DNA of 33,040 nucleotides from positions 1-33,040 of the forward strand of contig JAZAMN010000067.1 in assembly GCA_036229005.1 (NCBI GenBank), read 5' to 3'. The notes below the pieces were generated by a model. The model saw only the letters and a program-made list of their open reading frames with translations, was not told the DNA's origin and made no database searches. Positions 27,701 through 33,040 of this stretch are shown piece by piece; position 1 is the stretch's first letter, and each line of letters opens with the position of its first letter. The DNA is from Myxococcota bacterium (GTDB taxonomy: Bacteria > Myxococcota_A > UBA796 > CAJQPC01). Both the position numbers and the translations under genes were made by a program.

Positions 27701-28075
27701 AGCTGCACCGGCGGCGGGATTCTTGCCCAAGGCGGTGACTACACCTTCCTCAACGTGAACGTGGTGGGCCACACCAGCGCGGCTGGAGGCGTGATCTACG
27801 ACTACTACAGCACCGCCAACACCTCCTTCGAGTACTCGAACTTCTACAACAACGGCGGCTCCGCCTTCACCAACGTGACCACGCCCAGCAGCAGCGACGG
27901 GAACCTCTTCGTGGACCCCAGCTACACCGACACCAGCGCGACCGACGCCATGGACTGGGACCTGAGCCTCGCCAGCGGCTCCAGCTGCATCGACGCCGGA
28001 GACAGCAGCCTCCGGGACCGGGACGCCAGCCGCTCGGACATCGGCGCCTATGGAGGCTGGGGCGGCAACTGGTAG
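24749..28075 (+). CDS. Lipoprotein with 7 MopE-related repeats and a C-terminal beta-helix domain (1108 aa)
   Basis: Start ATG 24749 (MTWIFALLAAC lipobox, GGGGAG RBS); 7 DCDD..P...E.CD..D..C repeats; VPGDYSTIQGAIDAA cap; GGL/GAG repeats; SSCIDAGD...RSDIGAYGG end. Confidence 0.9.
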   Translation: MTWIFALLAACTPQQTGCDPNLEVGYQDADGDGYGDLSQPVTECQALPSVPDASDCDDQDPDVHPDSTEVCDGVDNDCSGAVDDDASDAPVWYADLDGDGYGDPESTVAACSLPSGYTDDSQDCDDSDGAIQPLADELCDGVDNDCDGETDEDSAVDALTWHADLDGDGFGDASAPALACAQPSAHVADHSDCDDSDPDTFPGAPELCDGHDDNCDGVTDEDSAVDAGSWHLDADGDGFGDPDDALPSCDALSGRVADSSDCDDSDLAIHPDALEVCDGIDNDCSGAADEDSAVDALTWYADSDSDGYGDFTDSAQACTQPSGRVSRAGDCDDTDGATYPGADEICDSADNDCDGSSDESAVDAGTWYTDADSDGYGTTASATVSCTQPSGTVASDGDCDDGDASISPGATELCDSVDNDCDGSTDEDDAADAATWYADADGDGYGDSSSTTTACTQPSGTTSDATDCDDGDDSAYPGGEELCDGADNDCDGSVDGTSVPGDYSTIQGAIDAASSGDLICVASGTWYETLDFSGKDVIVGGSSGSGATTLDGSGSGPVVTADSGESTSAMLHGFTVTNGDAQYGAGIYVENSGLSLKDVVSTGNNYSGSCFGAGLYSSNATLAIQDSRFDANTCDAGWGVGAYLSGSTVTVQSTSFDQNSAGNHSLVYGVGLYLSGTTLSGTDLSASENEAEGGGAASALGLGQYNGTSTITGLVVEGNQTTDTGSGEITSASGGVIALRGSSASATWTDLSLDDNTIAADGDIQGGLLYCRDGTLVLDTVSISGVDVSTSQDDIEGGLFYLESCTASMAGLEIDGNSVSQTSTALGGYTAYVDGGLLQFVDTTATLDDLSVTDNAVSHVSTAGGVDGGLIYVEGTSRVDISDFEIHDNTLDCGGSCSGALFYSYAKSLDLSQGWLADNIGQSGLWWGGVGAVLTPVSLTNVIVANNQLQDGAVGTTFYGKSNADLELTNVDLVDNGCSSGSSGSCTGGGILAQGGDYTFLNVNVVGHTSAAGGVIYDYYSTANTSFEYSNFYNNGGSAFTNVTTPSSSDGNLFVDPSYTDTSATDAMDWDLSLASGSSCIDAGDSSLRDRDASRSDIGAYGGWGGNW

Positions 28076-28096
28076 CTGCTGCCCCAGCCCGGTCCC

Positions 28097-29257
28097 TCAG
28101 TCCACGTCCGCCGGATCCACCAGCTCCATCCAGGTCACCGAGCTGCCATCCACCGACTCCGCGATGGCGATGTGCGACATGGCCGAGCGGTCGGTCGCGC
28201 CGTGCCAGTGACGCACGTCCGGCGGGATGCGCACGATGTCGCCGACCCGGATGGTGTGACGCTCCAGGCCCTCCTGCTGCACCCATCCCTCGCCTGCGGT
28301 CACGATCAGGGTCTGCCCGCGGGGGTGGGTGTGCCAGGCGGTGTGGGCGCCCGGCTGGAAGTGCACCATCCCGCCGCCGTTCTTGCCCTCGAGATCGGCC
28401 AGGAACAGGGACTCCACCTGGACCTCTCCGGTGAACTTGTCGGGGGGACCGGCGAAGCTGGGGGCCTGCTCGCGGGGGGTGACCTGCACCGCCTCGGGCA
28501 TCTTGTCGGCCGAAGCACCCTTGGACTCCTGCCCGCCGGCGAGGACCTGCGTGACCACCGGCAGGGCGGAGAAGGCGCGGGGCCAGCCGCAGAAGAAGGC
28601 GAGGTGGTTCAGGACCTCGCTGGCCTCAGTGGGGGTGAGGCCGGCGGCCAGGGCGCGCTCCAGGTGGAAGGGGAGCTGCTCGGGCTGGCCCATGGCGATC
28701 AGCGCGGCCACAGTGACCAAGCTGCGGTCGCGGGGGGCGAGGCCAGGGCGGCGCCAGATCTCGCCAAAGAGCAGCGCGTCGGTGTAGTGCGCGAGCCCGG
28801 GGGCCAGGGCGGCGAGCTGCGCCTCGGAGGCCTTGCGGGCGGCCTCGCGGTCGGGGTCCAGTGAGAGCGGCGGCGCGTCGCTGGGGGTCAGGGTCAGGTC
28901 CCGCTCATCGAGCACCTCGGCCAAGGCGATGGCGGTGTCCGTCCCCACCGGAAACCCGGCGTAGAAGCTCAGGTGTGTGGCCACCTCGGACAGCTCCTCG
29001 GGGCTGAGGCCGTTGTCCAGGGCGAGGCCCATGTGGGCCCGGAGGGGAGCCTGTCGGCCGCCGACGCTGAGCGCCGCGACGGTGATGAGGGAGCGGTCGC
29101 GGGGGGACAGCTCGGCGCGCTCCCAGAGCTCGCCGTGGACGATGTCAGCGTGGATCCGGGCCTGGGTGGGGGCGGCGGCTTCCGGCTCCGCCTTCCGCGC
29201 CCCGAGGCCACCGGTGAGGGTGGCGAGGAGGGCGACGGCTGCGGTTGGGTTCTTCAT
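28097..29257 (-). CDS. Carboxymuconolactone-decarboxylase-family tandem domains fused to a cupin_2 domain
   Basis: Two copies of GE.W.R..L.PRDRSL.TVAAL...HL.F..G.P; cupin WHTHPRGQ and RHWHGAT; AGGAG RBS. Confidence 0.9.
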   Translation of the reverse strand: MKNPTAAVALLATLTGGLGARKAEPEAAAPTQARIHADIVHGELWERAELSPRDRSLITVAALSVGGRQAPLRAHMGLALDNGLSPEELSEVATHLSFYAGFPVGTDTAIALAEVLDERDLTLTPSDAPPLSLDPDREAARKASEAQLAALAPGLAHYTDALLFGEIWRRPGLAPRDRSLVTVAALIAMGQPEQLPFHLERALAAGLTPTEASEVLNHLAFFCGWPRAFSALPVVTQVLAGGQESKGASADKMPEAVQVTPREQAPSFAGPPDKFTGEVQVESLFLADLEGKNGGGMVHFQPGAHTAWHTHPRGQTLIVTAGEGWVQQEGLERHTIRVGDIVRIPPDVRHWHGATDRSAMSHIAIAESVDGSSVTWMELVDPADVD

Positions 29258-29319
29258 GACAGGCTCCTGTTGGCTTCTCCCTCAAGCTATGGACGCGCCG
29301 CCTGCCCCAGAATGGGGCT

Positions 29320-29673
29320 TCATGCCGTTGGCGTGCCTGATCCTGCTTTGGCCGGCAGGCGCGCGCTGGCCACCGTGGTCAACAGGAGCAGGCTCCCGGC
29401 GATGCCCAGGGACACCCGCAGGCCCAGCTCGGCCCCCAGACCGCCGAGCAAGGCACCGAACACCGCCACCCCGAGGGCGCCCCCCACCTGCCGGCTCGTG
29501 TTGAGCACGCCGCTCGCGATGCCTGCCCGATGCGGCGGAGACCAGCTCAGCAGGAGCGCCGTGGCCGAAGGCATCGCCGTGCCGCCGCCGAGGCCCACCG
29601 GGACCATCCAGGCGACCAGCTCCACAGGACGCGCCCCGCACGCAGCAGCGCGATCACACCAAGGACCAGCACC
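29320..29673 (-). pseudogene. C-terminal fragment of a DHA2-type MFS transporter
   Basis: GGGTAMPSATALLL...RAGIASGVLNTSRQVGGALGVAVFGALL; probable frameshift near 29635; no valid start; boundary near 29673 approximate. Confidence 0.8.
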
Positions 29674-29751
29674 TCGGGCCCATCCCCTCCCCCGCGGATT
29701 CTGGGGTGTACGTGGCGTACGGCGGGACCTTCTGAGGACGCTGTCCTGCGC

Positions 29752-29950
29752 AACCCCCAGTGAGTGCACCAAGCCCGCGCCCACCCCAGAGTGAGTGCAC
29801 CATGCTCGCGCACAACCCGGTCCGAGTGCACCGCCACAGGCCGCTGGGCGCCGAGAATGGGGAGATCGGCGTGCGTTCGTCCCGAGTTGCGTCGCTCCAA
29901 GGTGCATTCAGCGGGGGTTGGGTCGCTTCACGGTGCACTCGGCGAGGGTT
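29752..29950. repeat. Five copies of AACCC-N5-GA(G/A)TGCACC (3 direct, 2 inverted) at 31-bp period
   Basis: Cores at 29762, 29793, 29824 (+) and 29901, 29932 (-). Confidence 0.9.
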
Positions 29951-29988
29951 ACGCCCGGCCCGTCGGCCCATGCGGAGCCACGGCCCCA

Positions 29989-30351
29989 TCAGAAGCTCCC
30001 CGCTCGGACCCCAGCCACCTTGCCATCCTTGAAGACCAAGGTCCCCGGGGCATATTCCGCGCCCCCAACGCTCAAGGTGTCGTAGCTGACGACCTGCGTG
30101 AGCGCGCCGGAGGCATCCAGGAAGACGTCGAGCCTGGCGGGCAGGGAGACGCCCCCGAGCGTCGCGGAGCGGCCCAACATGCAGCGGGCAAGCGAGCCGT
30201 CGCGGTGCAGGGTGGCGGCGTTCTCGCAGGGGAGCCCGCCGACGCCCAGGTGCTGGCGCGAGGGCTCGTTGTCGAAGACGGTGAGCTGGCGGTTCGAGGC
30301 GCTGCCGGCCTCCAGAACGAACCAGAAGCCCACCCGGGCACCGCGTTGCAC
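29989..30351 (-). pseudogene. Probable C-terminal fragment of a beta-hairpin repeat protein
   Basis: Coding-like codon use; repeated GG.(P/S)...(H/D).(D/S)G.L pattern; no RBS; lies between the two MFS fragments. Confidence 0.5.
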
Positions 30352-30378
30352 CAGCAGCCAGCGGCCAGTCCAGCGTGG

Positions 30379-30732
30379 TCAGCGCGCCCCCGAACCCGCC
30401 CTCTGCGCGACGCGAGCCAGGATGAGCGCCGTCAGGCTGGGGGCCAGCGCGCAGCCCACCGAGCTCAGGGTGAACAGCGCCAGCCCGCCCATCAGCGTCC
30501 GCCGCGCCCCCAGTCGGTCCGAGAGGGCGCCTGCGAGCAGGAGCAGCGCGGCGAAGGGCAGCGTGTAGCCGTCCACCACCCACTGCTGCCCCCGCAGGCC
30601 GCCCCCGAGGTCCTGGTGGATGGCCGGGAGGGCCACCCCCACCACCAGCGCATCGAGCGTGATGATGAAGAAGCCCAGCGTGGCCGCCGCCAGGGCCCTG
30701 CGGAGATCGGGAGCCTCAGAAGGTCGCGGCAT
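30379..30732 (-). pseudogene. N-terminal fragment of a DHA2-type MFS transporter (TM1 to start of TM4)
   Basis: LGFFIITLDALVVGVALPAI, QWVVDGYTL, motif A GALSDRLGARR; stops just after ARVAQ. Confidence 0.85.
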
Positions 30733-31876
30733 CGATCACGTAGCGGTAGCGGGCCTCCTTGGACTGCACCTTGACCCAGGCCTCGGAGATATCGTCGGCG
30801 GAGATCACCTGGATCTGCGGCAGCACGCGGTTGTCCGCGCAGAAGTGCACCACCTCCTGGGTCTCCGGGATGCCGCCGATCAGCGACACGTTGAAGTTCA
30901 CCCGCGAGATGGACAGCGCGATGGCCGACAGCGTGAGCGCGAAGCCCTCGGGCATGCCCACCTGCGTGAAGGTCCCGTGGGGCCTCACGACCGACGCGTA
31001 GCTCGCCACGTCGTACTGCACCGGCACCGTCGAGATCACCCAGTCCAGGCTCCCGCGGTGGGCCAGCAGCGCCTCCGGCCCGTCCACGACGACCGCCGTC
31101 GCGCCCCAGGACTCGATGTCCGCCACCTTGTCCGGGCTTGTCGTGAAGGCCACCACCTGCGCGCCCTTGGCCACGGCCAGCTTGACCGCGAGGTGCCCCA
31201 GGCCGCCGATCCCGACCACGCCGACCTTGTCGCCCACGTCGAAGTTGGCCTGCATGATCGGCGAGTAGGTCGTGATGCCCGCGCACAGCAGCGGCGCGGC
31301 CTCCTGCAGCGTGATGTGCTCGGGGATGTGCACGGCGAAGTGGTCCCGCACCACGATCTGCGAGCTGTAGCCGCCCTGGGTGATGCCCGTGGGCTCCCGC
31401 TCGTCGGGGTAGCCGTAGGTGAACAGGGTCTGGCCCTTCTCGCAGTGGTGCTCCTCGCCGTGGTCACAAGAGGGGCAGTCCATGCAGCTATCCACCATGC
31501 AGCCCACGCCCGCCCGGTCACCCACCTTGAAGCGGGTCACCTGCTCGCCGACCGCGGAGACGATGCCCACAATCTCGTGGCCGGGCACCTGCGGGTAGAC
31601 CTGGGGCCCCCAGTCGCCGATCTCCTGGTGGATGTCGGAGTGGCAGATGCTGCTGTACTTGACGTCGATCACCACGTCCTGCGGACCCATGGGGCGGCGC
31701 TTGAAGCTGAAGGGCTTGAGCTGGCCGCTGGTGTCGAAGGCCGCGCGCGAGCGGACCTCGTCCGGGTCCCCGCCCTTGCGCTTGGCGAACGAAGCGGTCG
31801 GGGTGGCCAGCGCAGCGGCGGCGATGCCGGCCGCTCCGACAAAGTTGCGGCGGGACAGATCGGACTTGGAATCCAT
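30716..31876 (-). CDS. Zn-dependent NAD(P) alcohol dehydrogenase (CAD/YahK-like) with twin-arginine signal
   Basis: Start ATG 31876 with GAGGAGGA; SRRNFV; ICHSD, GHE, structural Zn C..C..C.......C, LLCAGITTY, GIGGLG, RYRYVID. Confidence 0.93.
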   Translation of the reverse strand: MDSKSDLSRRNFVGAAGIAAAALATPTASFAKRKGGDPDEVRSRAAFDTSGQLKPFSFKRRPMGPQDVVIDVKYSSICHSDIHQEIGDWGPQVYPQVPGHEIVGIVSAVGEQVTRFKVGDRAGVGCMVDSCMDCPSCDHGEEHHCEKGQTLFTYGYPDEREPTGITQGGYSSQIVVRDHFAVHIPEHITLQEAAPLLCAGITTYSPIMQANFDVGDKVGVVGIGGLGHLAVKLAVAKGAQVVAFTTSPDKVADIESWGATAVVVDGPEALLAHRGSLDWVISTVPVQYDVASYASVVRPHGTFTQVGMPEGFALTLSAIALSISRVNFNVSLIGGIPETQEVVHFCADNRVLPQIQVISADDISEAWVKVQSKEARYRYVIDAATF

Positions 31877-32024
31877 GGGGTCCTCCTCAGAGCAGTGGAT
31901 CAAGCCCTCTCAAATTAGAGAGCCCACCCCCTGACCACCATGGCCCTGCGTGCTCGTGTCATGCCCATTCCTGCCAGCGAGGACAGGCTGAGGCTGACGA
32001 ACCGGCGGCGCGGTGGCGGTGGAC

Positions 32025-32483
32025 CTATTCCAGCCCCGGTCTCCAGCGGCACTGGCACCGAGAGCAGGTCCGGTAGCCGTCCTTGCCGGGCGGGCCCCAG
32101 AGGTGGCCGACGACGAGTTCGCCGTGCCTGGCCTGCACATCCTGGATGCTGTCGTAGGGGACGAAGGCGTCACCCTCCTGCATGACGACGTGCTGACTGA
32201 TCCGCCGCCCTCCAACCTGGGGCGGGAGGATGAAGCCGACCACGCCGACCCCGGATGCGGAGATGCACTCTGCCAAGAGGCCAGTGTGCCAGCAGTCGAA
32301 CTCGTTCAGGTCGCCCACGCTCCAGACGTCTGGGGCGGTCTCAATCAAGGCGAGGCTGGCGTGCTCTCCCCCCAACAATCCAGGACCGATGCCCATCGCG
32401 AGCAATGCCTCGCCGAGTGGCTTCGCGACCTCTCCTTTGGGACTGATCCGGTGGATGGCGCAGTTGGGGAGCCTGGCGAGCAT
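32025..32483 (-). CDS. Hypothetical protein (possibly frameshifted near the 3' end)
   Basis: Coding-like codons from ATG 32483 (GAGG upstream); no recognisable motif; ORF track starts it at TTG 32558 inside the hairpin. Confidence 0.45.
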   Translation of the reverse strand: MLARLPNCAIHRISPKGEVAKPLGEALLAMGIGPGLLGGEHASLALIETAPDVWSVGDLNEFDCWHTGLLAECISASGVGVVGFILPPQVGGRRISQHVVMQEGDAFVPYDSIQDVQARHGELVVGHLWGPPGKDGYRTCSRCQCRWRPGLE

Positions 32484-32521
32484 CGGAACCTCGGCGGGGC
32501 CGAGAGGCTGGCCCCAGAGCT

Positions 32522-32601
32522 GAGTCGCCCCGAAGGGTGATTCTCCGTCCTCGCGCAAGGCCTCTGCGCGACTGGAAGGTCACCCTACGGGGCGAAACTC
32601 T
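32522..32601 (-). ncRNA. Candidate structured leader or small RNA (about 80-nt hairpin)
   Basis: 16-bp stem with 15/16 pairs (32580-32595 with 32525-32540) plus 7-bp apical stem; begins at the predicted TSS. Confidence 0.4.
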
Positions 32602-32607
32602 GCAGAG

Positions 32608-32636
32608 AAGGTAGAACTTCGATGAGGGAACGTCAA
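32608..32636 (-). promoter_or_regulatory. Sigma70-like promoter TTGACG-N17-TACCTT
   Basis: -35 at 32636-32631, -10 at 32613-32608, exact 17-nt spacer. Confidence 0.6.
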
Positions 32637-32734
32637 GCCCTCTTTGGACAGGGGGCCTCAGGGGGGGATGGTGGCCGGCTGGGAGGACGGTTCCGCCGCC
32701 GTTGCGTTTCACCCCCACCGGCTTTGATCCGTCT

Positions 32735-32766
32735 CGGCGACCGGCGACCGGCTACCGGGGACCGGC
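32735..32766. repeat. Heptamer tandem repeat CGG(C/G)(G/T)AC, about 4.5 copies
   Basis: cggcgac cggcgac cggctac cggggac cggc. Confidence 0.8.
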
Positions 32767-32915
32767 ATGACGTCGAGGCTCTCGTGGGTCCCGGGTGCCC
32801 CTGGCGGGCGAATGAAATCGTGGCCCGCACACAGTGCCGGGCCCTCCCCGAGGCGCCTCCCCAAGTCGGCTGCCACCAACACTGGAGCTTGGAAGCACGC
32901 CATCGCCGGTCGCCA

Positions 32916-32938
32916 GGTGTGTCCCGTCAAGTGGTGTA
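32916..32938. mobile_element. Possible IS256-family terminal inverted repeat
   Basis: GGTGTGTCCCGTCAAGTGGTGTA; the reverse strand TACACCACTTGACGGGACAC resembles IS256-type ends as I recall them; no transposase in the window. Confidence 0.3.
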
Positions 32939-33040
32939 CGAGTCGTGGGGGGTGTTCGAGTCCGTTTGCTCCGGTGGGTTGATAGGGGTGGGCGCGAGAG
33001 GGGGGTCCCCGCTCGCGGGAGTGGGTGGGGGGTGAGGGGA

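Noticed and set aside
29752..29950. CRISPR mini-array interpretation of the phased repeats
   Set aside because: The 31-bp period is too short for repeat plus spacer, the copies switch orientation, and no cas genes are present
32013..32540. Plus-strand 175-aa ORF
   Set aside because: Antisense mirror of the minus-strand ORF, which has the promoter and RBS support
32522..32601. Integron attC, SRP RNA, tRNA or retron ncRNA interpretation of the long hairpin
   Set aside because: No RYYYAAC/GTTRRRY ends, no SRP CAGG/GGAA/AGCA motif, no cloverleaf, and no reverse transcriptase nearby

Overview
High-GC bacterial window that looks Myxococcota-like: it has Asp/Cys-rich 'putative metal-binding' (MopE-related) repeat lipoproteins, a MYXO-CTERM-like protein and a myxobacterial-type carbohydrate porin. 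About 25 genes or gene fragments are supportable: surface proteins, an OmpR/RstAB-like two-component pair, SDR/epimerase enzymes, a LysR regulator, a CMD-cupin fusion and a Tat-signal Zn alcohol dehydrogenase. The best candidate for an undescribed system is a compositionally distinct three-gene minus-strand operon at 14071-17721: a caspase-family (C14) protease with a probable CTG start, a coupled unknown protein, and an alpha/beta-hydrolase with a charged N-terminal extension. It may be a protease-activated conflict or cell-death module. Other notable items: (1) a TraA-like PA14 head on a repeat-stalk lipoprotein; (2) an MFS gene whose middle is replaced by foreign DNA carrying five 31-bp-phased convergent copies of a 19-bp motif; (3) a sigma70-like promoter firing into an ~80-nt hairpin leader; (4) an RBS-sequestering hairpin; (5) several apparently leaderless genes. 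No rRNA, tRNA or CRISPR array was seen. All family calls come from motif recognition by eye, not database searches.
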